DNA of 64,000 nt, from the NCBI GenBank assembly GCA_973895155.1, contig OZ316894.1, positions 8,456,234-8,520,233 of the forward strand. The letters are read 5' to 3'. Each line of letters begins with the position of its first letter. The stretch's first letter is position 1. Below the pieces are notes generated by a model, which worked only from the letters and a program-made list of their open reading frames with translations, was not told the origin of the DNA and did not search any database. This DNA is from Marsupella aquatica (lineage: Eukaryota > Plantae > Marchantiophyta). Shown piece after piece: positions 13,149 through 23,474 of the stretch. Position numbers and translations under genes: made by a program.

Positions 13149-13559
13149 AGCTTTATTTTGTGGCACAATTCCGGATGAATAAAGAGTTTTGTGATTCTAC
13201 CCTTACATCAACCCCATTCGCTAAGCGTAAAATCTATTTGGTTTAATCCAAGGACGTGGGGATATGCCTAATCTAAATCTAGTCAGAAACAAAGTCCTAT
13301 CAAGCAAAAAAAGTATAAATAGACCTCCAGACTCCAACCCTCCACTTTTGGATACACCTTATCGCTTGTGTATACGAAGGTGATAAAGTATAAATAGGAG
13401 TGCCTGGTCAGAAAGTGCACGCTCATTTCTTTTCCTTCTCAATTTTGTTTGCCTCCGCATTTTTCTCGGGCCGCAACATCTCTATAGCTTTTCATATTTG
13501 CTCGAATCAAAACAAAAACAGGTAAAACCTTAAGAAACTCTCCCCTCCTTGGCGTACTT

Positions 13560-14290
13560 CATTGTTGAATCCTGAGTGGGATACGCCGTATCCTCCTTTG
13601 CATTCAACTCTATTCTTTGCCCTTTTGTTCGAAGAATAGAACTTTTCAATGTTGAATACAAGATGGGATACCGCATATCCCATGTCGCATCCAACACCCT
13701 CTTTTTAGTATTCCATCGGAACCTCCTTGCTGTTTGTTGACTTTGAATACGAAATGGGATACCGCGTATCCCATTTCGGATTCAACTACATCTCTTTGGT
13801 CTTTTATTGTAGAGTACTAGAAATTCCTGATGTTTAGGGTTTAGCGCCTTTGCGGAGGATCATTGCACAAGGAGCCGCATTGGATGATGTTGGATACAAA
13901 CCGGGATACCCGTATCCCATTTCGCATTCAACTCCCTATTTTTTGTTGTTTGCATCAGACTAGGCAATTGTTGATGTTGGATGCGAAGTGGGATACCTCG
14001 TATCCCATTTCGCATTCAACTCCCTATTTTGCGTTCTTTGCATCGGACTCTGCAGTTGTTGATTTCGGATGCGAAGTGGGATACCTCGTATCCCATTTCG
14101 CATTCAATTCCCTATTTTTTGTGTTTTGTATCAGACTCGAGGCAATTGTTGATGTTGGATGCGATGTGGGATACCGCGTATCCCATTTCGCATTTAACTC
14201 CCTATTTTTTGTTCTTTGCATCAGACTCTCGGTAGTTGTTGATTTTGGATGCGAAGTGGGATACCGCGTATCCAATCTTGCATTCAACTA
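13560..14290. repeat. Array of palindromes (~87-91 bp spacing) in a probable 5' UTR intron
   Basis: Cores at ~13578, 13665, 13756, 13903, 13990, 14078, 14168, 14258. TATA at ~13390, donor at ~13522, acceptor TTTTACAG at ~14333. Confidence 0.9.
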
Positions 14291-14337
14291 CTTTTGTATG
14301 TTTACGCCTTGGTTTTGTGTCAATATTTTACAGGAAC

Positions 14338-14934
14338 ATGTTGAACAAATCAAAGTCGTCTGCTTCGACCAAATCTTCATGGACGTCTATCGTCGATGAG
14401 ATTTGGAAGAAGGACCTTTACACCGAGGAGAAACTCGTGAGGAATAGGTGGTACTTCAGGGATGCCCGGGCGATGGATATTCACAGAGCCTATGACGGTC
14501 TAGCGATGTGGTTGGTTATAGTTAAGGGTAAAGACCATTGCCATTATGGATTAGTCGTGGACACTGCGGAGGCAGATATCACCGACGCAAAAACCAAACA
14601 GTTGAAGAAGATTCCAATATACCTTTGCATTCTTCCGAACAATGACTTCATTGTAGTTGTCCTCAACTACGAGAAACTCGATCGGGTCTCGATGAACACA
14701 TTTCCTGATGACCCGATTTGCAAGCTAATTTTGGAAGTGTCAGAGATTGATGACTTTTCTTATTGGTGTTTGAAATTTGTCTTAAAGTCTTGGAGGGTTG
14801 TTGAGGATTTTACCAAGGTAGCATATAGGTCCGTCGTTGGAGCCGACTTTGGCGTCAAAGAGCGTTGTCCGGGTGACCGTGTTTTCTGGCAAGAGCATGT
14901 TGGCTCTTTTGAAGTTAACCTTGCATGCTCATAA
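14338..14934 (+). CDS. Cargo protein of unknown function (~198 aa)
   Basis: ATG just after the acceptor; uninterrupted non-repetitive frame MLNKSKSS... Confidence 0.55.
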   Translation: MLNKSKSSASTKSSWTSIVDEIWKKDLYTEEKLVRNRWYFRDARAMDIHRAYDGLAMWLVIVKGKDHCHYGLVVDTAEADITDAKTKQLKKIPIYLCILPNNDFIVVVLNYEKLDRVSMNTFPDDPICKLILEVSEIDDFSYWCLKFVLKSWRVVEDFTKVAYRSVVGADFGVKERCPGDRVFWQEHVGSFEVNLACS

Positions 14935-14937
14935 GTT

Positions 14938-15144
14938 CTACACTAAAATTAAAATGATAATTCTAGTAACAAGGGTAGTGGGTATTAAGAAAGGTTCAGG
15001 TGAAACTAAAATACTGTTAAACCCTACTTCACCATACTTGCGGACCAACACATCACGAAAATTAGTTTTCTTACGACATATGATCCTAATATCTCCAAGA
15101 GAAAATGAAACAGGAATATCATCCGGACTCCTATTCAGATCCAT
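14938..15144 (-). CDS. Small protein B (68 aa), homologous to 38541-38750
   Basis: PVSFSLGDIR...RKYGE.G...S.EPFL conserved with the element B copy despite DNA divergence. Confidence 0.8.
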   Translation of the reverse strand: MDLNRSPDDIPVSFSLGDIRIICRKKTNFRDVLVRKYGEVGFNSILVSPEPFLIPTTLVTRIIILILV

Positions 15145-15148
15145 GACT

Positions 15149-15364
15149 TCAATAAAGGACAAAGATAATGCACTCTAACTCCTCTCGGTACGACATCACT
15201 TGGTATATTATTGGCTCGTTAGAAACCATAACAACAGTTGCAAATTGAGCTCCAAAATGATAGGTTAGATGTTGCCTCATAGATGGTTTGTCTAAAAGAT
15301 GGACTCTAATCAAAAACGGATTACGAAGGGGAAGATCAGGGATAACTCTCTCTCTTGGATTCAT
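15149..15364 (-). CDS. Small protein A (71 aa), homologous to 38752-38985
   Basis: LPL.NPFLIR.H.L.K..M.QH.T.HFG..FAT.V..S.EPI.Y...C.IF.LY conserved with the element B copy. Confidence 0.8.
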   Translation of the reverse strand: MNPRERVIPDLPLRNPFLIRVHLLDKPSMRQHLTYHFGAQFATVVMVSNEPIIYQVMSYREELECIIFVLY

Positions 15365-15684
15365 GATGGCTCTCCTATTCCTTTGCTATCCGGGCCAAAG
15401 GACGCCCCACCCCTATATTCCCCAAAAAACCTTATTCCCTAAGGTCCCATCTATAAGTCTACCACTCATTCCTTTGCTATCCGGGCCAAAGGACGCCCCA
15501 CTACTATGTTCAAGGCACAAAAGAGCTTCACAACCTTGAATGATAAACACTGCGGAATGAGGAAAGAGTGTCACTCACCACTTTATTTATAGTGCACACC
15601 AAGAGGGCATGGATCAAGCCCAAGCACTTGGATGAAGGCCAAGTGGCAAACATCAAATACCTAAGAGTGTGCTAGTACTGTTCA

Positions 15685-15958
15685 TAGTTGGTGAAATTAC
15701 TTTTAGTAGGTGGAACTACCATGCATTGGTGGAACTACTGTGCGTTGGTGGAACTATTGTGCGTTGGTGGACCTATTGTGCGTTGGTGGACCTATTATGC
15801 GTTAGTGGACCTACTATGCGTTGGTGGTTCTACTATGCGTTGGTGGACCTATTATGCGTTAGTGGACCTACTGTGCGTTGGTAGAACTATTGTGCGTTGG
15901 TAGAACTACTCATATACATTGGTAGAACTACTCATATGAATTGGTGGAACTACTGTAT
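15685..15958. repeat. 19-20 bp minisatellite (GTTGGTGGA[A/C]CTA[C/T]TGTGC)
   Basis: About 13 visible tandem copies. Confidence 0.9.
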
Positions 15959-16141
15959 TCCGTTAATATAGCTAAAGAAGTTAATAAAGTCTAAATTTAA
16001 TAATCTAATTACTAAACTACTTATATAATCTATAACATATTAAAACAAACAATTTTTTTATAACTTAAGAGAAAATCACGACAGCGTCCTCTAAAGTTGA
16101 AAGTGACGAATCCTATCGATCCGGCTTCAAAGTCATGGGAG

Positions 16142-18743
16142 ATGTCTGGAACACCCTCGATAAAGGAGAAATCTGCCACAGTTTCTTTTAAGGAACCGGC
16201 AAAAAGGAAGCTTGCAGATCAACTCTCCGGGGAAGGTCCTAAAGCAGCGGTGTCAGGCGAAGCTGCTGGCAAGAAGAAACTGGATCGACGTAACATCCAG
16301 AAGCGAGCACCATCTGCACCCGAAAGTGTTGTCTCATCTTTGGTCCCAACAATTTCACAAACACCGTCTTAGATTCCTTCAACTTTGTCAGGTGGGCCTT
16401 CTCTATCATCTAGGGGTGCTGTGAAAGAAAAGAAAAACAATTCAACAGATATCACCACAGCTTTGCAGCGGGAAGAGACACTTGTGGTTCGTGAAGAAGT
16501 GTCTCAGTTGATGGAGACCAAGAGAGTTCAGAAGACAACTGTTATTCTGAAAACAACTAACCTGCTTCTTGTTGATGATTTTGACGACAAGAACTAAATG
16601 TTGGTTCGAACAGTAGATCGGTTGCATGTAGAGAACATCAAGACTTTGATGAAAATGAATCCAATAAATTTCACCACGCCATTTGTCTTGTTTGTGATCC
16701 CCAAAGATTGCCCGACAGTGACAGACTGGGACCCAGAAAAGGCAACGAGCTGGAGATATCGAGTGATTGGAGGTAATCACGGTGCTCGGGCTAAGAGAGA
16801 ATTGTATCAGGCTTATGGGAGAGAGATCTTCAATGAACTCCAAGCTTGGGTGTATGCTGGTCTCACAAGGGAGGACATTCAGAAACTTAGCATCCAACAT
16901 AATATTGATCAGGAGTACAAGAAAAAAATGAATAACATTGATCAAATCCGAACAATGCATAAGATTTTCCTTGCCAGAGGTATGGCAAAAACCAAGGAGA
17001 CTAGAGAAGCGTGTGCGATGGAGGTTTGCCTCGACGGGTTTTTTCTGGGGGACGCCACAAGCCTAAGGAAGCATGAACCTCTCTTCCAAATTGCGTTTAG
17101 GTTGGGTAAGGTCTGGGAACTCCAAGACCAGATCTTTGAGATGTGGAACAAGTTGGAGATCAAAGGGCAGAATAAGCAGAAGTCACCGATCAAGAAACTG
17201 AAGAAAAAAGGGAAAGCACAGTCGATTCCAAAAGCTTTGAATAAGCTTGTAGGGGGCCTTACCCTGACACCTTGGAGAGCAATCGAGGGAATTGAACACG
17301 ACCGATTTTTGGAGTCCCTTCTTCTACGAGTGAAGGACCGGATGATCTCTTTGGAGCAGATGGCAAAAGAAGCCGAGAGTTACAAGAAACTTGTGAAAAT
17401 CAACAAGCTTTTTGTTCAGTTATCAGGGCAACCAGACTGGGCGACTTGCAAACAAATGTTTCCGAAAGAAACAGAATCTGCCGAGCTTGAAAGATGGAGT
17501 GGGAAGTTGTCCGATGTGGTATGTTCTCCCCTTCCATTGATTGGACTTTTCTCGGATTCACTTGTGTTTATTTGACGTTTGTGATATTTCAATGAGGTTT
17601 TTGCTTGGTCAAATGCGAAGTGGGATACGGCGTATCCCATCTCGGATTCACTTGTGTTTATTTGACGTTTGTGATGTTTCAATGAGGTTTTTGCTTGGTC
17701 GAATGCGAAGTGGGATACGGCGTATCCCATCTCGGATTCACTTGTGTTTATTTGACGTTTGTGATGTTTCAATGAGGTTTTTGCTTGATCGAATACGAAG
17801 TGGGATACGCAGTATCCCATCTCGGATTCACTTATGTTTATTTGACGTTGGTGATGTTTGAATGGGGTTTTTGCTTGGTTGAATGCAAAGTGGGATACGG
17901 GGTATCCCATGTCGCATTCGTCGTCCAGATTTGATTGTTTGAATGCCCAAATGGTTCTCCCCATTGTCTTTTCTCTGGATTCTTTTAACAAGTTTGCGTT
18001 TGCAGTTGAAAGCTTTTTTGAAGAAGAAGAACAAGGATGCAATTGGTGCCGATGCGGTTGAGAAGCCTTCGGAGGAGCTGACTTTGAGTGTTATTCCCAC
18101 GGAGTTTAAGAATTATGTTCAAGAAGCGATTGAGAACTACAACCGTCGTCATGGGATTGAAACGGTTGAAGCGGAGTTGAGTGACCATCGATGGAAAAAC
18201 GCTGATGGAAATTTCATCAAATATACATTGCATTGTGGAGATGTCAGGGCGCTGGATAAGTTTGTAGAGAAAAGGAATTACACACTTGCAATTGCAGACA
18301 TTCCCTATGGATTCAATGCGCCTGGCTCTGAAAATGATGAGCTCCCATTTTCAGAGAGTGATATTGTAGATATGGTGAAGTGTTTTGCCAAGGTGACAAG
18401 TTCAAAGATATGGAGGTTTGTTGTGATTCACTCTTTGCAGCAAACTTGGTCTATGATGAATGCCTTGGGAAAAACTTGTAATGCAGGTGTAGAGGCTGGA
18501 ATTTGGGAGAAGCCAAATGTACATGCTCATCCTTCGGGGAATCGATTGGCTTGGGCTTTTGAAAACTGGTCAATCGGATATTATCACGAGAGTGGTATTA
18601 GGACCAGAGACATGTACAATTTTGAACATGATGAGAAAAGGGTAAACATCATAAAAGTCCCTTGTGTTACAAAGAAATGTGTAACACCATTGGGGGAAAT
18701 AGTGAACCCTTACCAGAAGCCGATAGCTCTAGCAGATTGGTTC
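16142..18743 (+). pseudogene. ParB/Srx-like domain fused to a beta-class N6A/N4C DNA methyltransferase (2 exons; two in-frame stops; 3' end lost to a Gypsy insertion)
   Basis: Exon 1 (16142-17518): VRTVDRLHVENIK..M ... YRVIGGNHGARA, ParB-like. A GT-AG intron at 17519-18005 joins the exons in phase 0. Exon 2: LHCGDV..L..., LAIADIPYG (motif IV), IWEKPN, NPYQKPIAL. Confidence 0.78.
17551..17915. repeat. 4 x 90-bp tandem repeat carrying the palindrome, inside the ParB-MTase intron
   Basis: Units start CTCGGATTCAC at 17551, 17641, 17731, 17821. Confidence 0.95.
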
Positions 18744-18857
18744 TGTGATGCCTAGCCAGGAATCACTCGGCCAGTTAAGTGGGTAAAGCAGGAGTGCACC
18801 CTAGAAACACCTTAGTATAGGGACAAACAAGGGAAATATAAACAATTAGGGGCGACT

Positions 18858-21800
18858 ATGGAACCCGGGCCGAGGCCGGAGGTAAGGACGCTGGGGGTGA
18901 AAATAAGATTAGGGTTAGGGCGCGCTAAGCGTTGGCGACTAGGAAGGATCAACGGGAGGAAGGACCGGAAGAGGAGAGGGGTAAGGAGCGCTTGCAGGGA
19001 ATGGTGGCTCATTTGCGAGCACGAACTAGGCAGACGACTACGGGAGGCCAACTACTGTCAACTGCTTAGGCAAGCACTCGGGGAGAGAGTAGATACCGAC
19101 GATGGACCTAAGGAGGGTATGAGCAACGTCAATCAAGCGGCACATTTCTGGGGATGCCTGTTCGAACGGGCAACTGAGTACATCAAGACTTACGGGGACG
19201 AAGAATCAGAAAGGGCAGCTCGAGAACGGCAGGAGCTCGCTCGATTGTGGGAGCTGCAGAAGACGGCTTTCTTAGGAGGCGAACTCATCAAGGCCGAGTT
19301 CTTGTGGACTCCTACTCCCAATCAGCTCGACGATCTTCTGTTTTGCGAAGATAGAGTCGTCGGCATCCGAGAAGCCATCAAACGCTGCAACAACATACAC
19401 TGGGAGTTGAAGGGTAGCACGGAGGGGTGGACAAAGGCAACCGTGCTAGGAGAGACATCCACGGGAACCAAAATGAAGAGGAAGGGAGCCGTCAACGATG
19501 AAACCACCCCGGCAAAAAGAACGAGGTCGGCGGCACCAAAGAAGCCAGCCGAGCAGCAGAGCAGGAGGCAAGGAGAAGCTGAAAAGGAGGAGGACAATCC
19601 CATCAATGCCATTCCAACCAGGGATGACACCTGGAAAGGCTGGGCGGCAACCCTACCAGAGGAGGTGCAACTACATTTTGCACGGGAGGAGAATGCATGC
19701 TTTACGGCCATGCAGACCAAGAAGTACCAAGGCTTCATGGCCGGATCCGGCTTAGAGGCCTTTGTAAGATTACCATGGCTGAAGCCGGAGGTGCCGGATT
19801 CAGACCTATTAGAATTCGTGGGGTCATGGGAACCCAAGACCAATTCCACGAGGATATATGGGAAGGATTTCTATCTTACTCCCAAGGTGATTGCCAAAGT
19901 GTTTGGCTTGCCGATAGGCAATAAGACCAAAGTTGATACCAGGAAGACCCTGCCTGACAAGGAGTTCCGGTCGTTCCCCGGGCCATCAACGAAGAATGGC
20001 TTCTTCCGGAACACCTGCACCAACCCGCACATAGGAGAGATGATCGACTTCTTGCAAGTGACCATGCATTGTAACTTGCCGAGGGCAGAGATCGGCAAGG
20101 CACAGGTCTATCTGGCAGAGAGGCCAGACCTAAGTCGGGACTAAAACGGGTACCTCCTCAACCAATTGAAGAAGATCTTAAAGGAGGAGCAGCAGGTAAT
20201 CGGCCTAGGGAGCGTGTCGCGGCTTGGCTATCACATGCCGCTGTTGTGCCGGTATGCCAAAGGTCAGACCTTTGCCCCAGTACTTCCCCTGCAGGTATGG
20301 GCACCCGAGGAAGCTCCAGCACCGAGGCCGGTAGCAGAGAAGCCTCAACCACCTGTTAGCCCTACGATTGAGCAGGTGTTTAGGCCAAGGAAGGAAGACT
20401 TGCCGATGCAGCAACCAAGCATGCAGAATTTGCTGAAAATGCTGGAGAAGGAAAAGACGGCACTGGCACCAGCTTTGGCAGCGGCACCAATACAGGACAC
20501 TGCCCCAGAGGTCAACCTAAGCAGACTTAGAAGGGAAAACCCCTTTACCAGAAATAAGGAGAGAATCAGGCCAGAATCCAAGCCGGGTGTTCGAACGTAC
20601 GTGGGAGTCTCAAGCTTTGAATCTGAGGCAGAATTGCCTGAAGCTCCTACCGGCGAAGAGGAGAGGGAGAAGCCGGAAGTCCAAGAGGTGGAGGCAGTGG
20701 AGGACTGCAGCCATGATAACTCCGGCTATGGGTCGGACCATCACGTTCCAGGAGTAAGGACCTGTGGCCGGTTTATCCCCACACTTCCAAGGGTAGTTCG
20801 AGGGGACCCCAACTAGCAGAGTAGCCCCGAGTCTCCCCCACCAGATGTTGCTCTCCCGAGCTTTGACGGCATAAAGCAGACGGCACAGGAATTTCAGGAG
20901 CGACTTAGGGAAGCAGAAAAGGCAGCCCTGGCTAGGGAAAAGGATTTGCCAGGAGGAGATTGGCCGGAGGACATCAGGCGGCTAGCCAAAAAAGGAAGCA
21001 AACCTCTAGCCACGATTGAAGAGATCCGCAAGACGGCTTGGGAGCAGAGGCCGCGATGGGCGATGCCGATCACTTCTACTTACTCCACCTACGCTAAGAA
21101 TAGAGCCATGGAGTATGGTGAGATATGTGGGGAACTTGCGCTCGGCATCTTTGGGGAGGAGTTGGAGGTAGGACCCTTTTTCCATAGGGAGCAGTTGGAG
21201 AAGCACCAATTAGAAGAAGCGGTGGCTTTAGAGAGAAGCAAGAAGGACGAGGTCATCCGGCGGCTTAGGAGGATGGAAGCCGAGATTGAAGATCTAAGGG
21301 CGGCCAAGAAAGCCCAAGATGAACTGCGGATTAAGCGGCATGAGCTGAACATCATGCAGGGGCAGTTGGACACCGCGCAGGCTGATAATCAGATTATCAA
21401 GGATAAACTGACTCAGACCCAGGGAGAATTGGCCGACGCAATCAAGGATAGGAAGAAATGGAAGAAGGAGCTGAGAGACGCAGAGGAGGCCCATATAGCA
21501 ATCAACAACCAGGTCACGGTGGAGACTCAGAGAAGGGCGAGGGCGCTGAAGGAAGAGCTCGAGGTCATCCGCAGAGCCCTTGAGCAGAAGGAGGCCGAGT
21601 TAGGGAAATCCTATCAAGGGATTGTTGCGCTACAGCAGGAGCTTGCGTCCCTGACGGCCAGCTTCAAGGCCGACCTGCGGGAGAAGGACGCCCAGTTCGA
21701 CCAGACTTATGCCAAGATGAATAACATGGAGTCTGAGGTTGTAGCGGAGCTCGACAAGGAGCTAAGAGCAACCCAGGAGGAGAGGGCTACCACCAAGAAG

Positions 21801-22199
21801 GAATTGGAGGAAGCCCACAGGGAATTGGAGGAAGCCAAAAACGAGCTGGAGGAGGCACGTAAGGACCTGGATGAGACCCAGGAGGAGTTGGAGGAAATCA
21901 CGAGGAAGATGGAGAACCTACAGCGGCGGGCCGACAACCAAACAGAGTCGCTGAAGAAACAAGCCGCAGTATTTAAATGCTTAGCTGCATCAGGTCCATC
22001 TCCCGTTGGGGCAAACCAGTTACCCAGGGTGGTAATTGCCGAAGGACCAGCCGTGACACACGGCCCGGTGCCGGACATTGGCGGCAAGGGGAAGGAACCG
22101 GCTATGGAGATAGTGAAGAAGAAGAAGCGGAACCTTCGGGGTCTGGAGGTTATTCGACCCCTCAAGCCGTACTCAAACCGGTACCAACCTCCGGCATGA
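18858..22199 (+). pseudogene. Long accessory ORF (~1100 codons, same frame, with stops): plant-mobile-domain-like region and coiled coil
   Basis: ORFs 18858, 20166 and 20946 are in one frame. GLEAFVRLPW...LTPKVIAKVFGLP, then heptad-rich EEA/ELE repeats. Confidence 0.7.
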
Positions 22200-23409
22200 A
22201 CACGACAATAGATCCCGCTATCACCAAAGGTGGGGATGGCGCGGCCCAAGCCGAACTACTCAGTAATGAGGCCGGTATCCCAGATCCATCTCTTGAGCAG
22301 GCCGGGGAGGCCGTGGCCGAAGCTGAGGCCGTAGCCGAGAATGATTTCTGAGCCGAGGCCGAAGCCGAGGGTGGGCCCAGTCAGGCCGATGAAAAGTTGA
22401 CTCGGTCAGAGGCAGGAATCTGTCAGAGGACGGACCAACAACAGTGGTTGCGGAGGGAGCGTTGGGGGCGCCCATTGAGGATCCACCACCGGTGTCGTGA
22501 CGGTGCAAGGGCGTCGTTCCTTTTAGGAAGGGCGGACGTGGAGGGAGGAGGCGTGAGTGGGCAGAGCGGGCTCAAATCTCTAAGTTTAGGATTAGGATCA
22601 GGACCAGGAGGCGGCCCTGACACTTAGCTTAGTGGGATTGCGGTTCCACTGGTAAGAGCAACACTTGTACTTCTACCTCGCTGTACATAGGTAGATCCAG
22701 TTAGGTAGATTAGGCTTACGCTGCAAAGGATTAGGCGGATCCACTACCAGGATAAGTACCTGGGCAGCGGGGAGCTCAGGGCCTCTTCTTTAGCAAGTTT
22801 TTAGTTGCACCAGCCGGGCTGGGATCAAGTAGTAAGAGAAGCTCTCGGTTAGTCATACAGTGACCTTTGTGTATATTCATGTTTCCTCATGCCTAAGAGC
22901 TGAATAGAGTTGGCCTCACGGCTTAGTTCGCAGAGCTTGTGTATGAGATGTACTGTTTGTATGGCAAGTGCATGGTATGACTCAGTCAGAAGGAGTCATT
23001 TTGCTAATTGTGTGTCGCATTAACTTGTGTGAAGAGTGCCCACATCAACCAATAGAGGAAGGAAAGTAAGCAGGGGAGTGAGAGTTGGATGTGTCGAGCT
23101 GAGAGAGGTCTTAGCGGCTTAACCAAGCCTATTGGGGATCATTATGGCGGCGGAATCCAAACATACCTAACAAGACGGAGGGGAAGACAAGGGAAGGCCT
23201 AGATTAGGCCGGCTACGTATCTCATGACCCGATGAAGGATCTGTCCAGTATATGTGTGTAAAATGTTAATAGTAGTAGTAGAAGGAGGTTAGCAGCGTCC
23301 CATGCCGCTAAGCCGCGGAAACGGCCTCGCCAAACGCGAAACCTGCGGGAATCAGCTTGCGCTGGGGGGGTTTCTTGGGTTTAGGGAGCCATGGGACGCA
23401 CCACATTTT

Positions 23410-23428
23410 TGGCACTAGATGGAGGGGG
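23410..23428 (+). other. Primer-binding site
   Basis: TGGCACTAGATGGAGGGGG 4 nt after ...CACA and ~50 nt before the gag ATG. Confidence 0.7.
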
Positions 23429-23474
23429 CATTTCTTAAGCCGTGAGATATGAAGTTAGAAAGGAAGCATAGGTA

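Noticed and set aside
11290-14290. Regularly spaced palindromes resembling a CRISPR array
   Set aside because: Spacers are copies of one another rather than unique, no cas genes are present, and the context is eukaryotic introns
11327-14399. ORFs with repeated WDT.YP.SH / CE.GY.VSHF peptides (also 17416-18061, 28823-29359, 30225-30506)
   Set aside because: Translations of the palindromic arrays, open on both strands
15365-15380. Shine-Dalgarno-like AGGAG upstream of small ORF A
   Set aside because: Not evident in the element B copy; could occur by chance
15669-15903. Repetitive hydrophobic ORFs (also 39658-39964, 40007-40225)
   Set aside because: Minisatellite read-through
18909-18920. TTAGGGTTAGGG telomere-like motif
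   Set aside because: Only two units, inside a retroelement ORF
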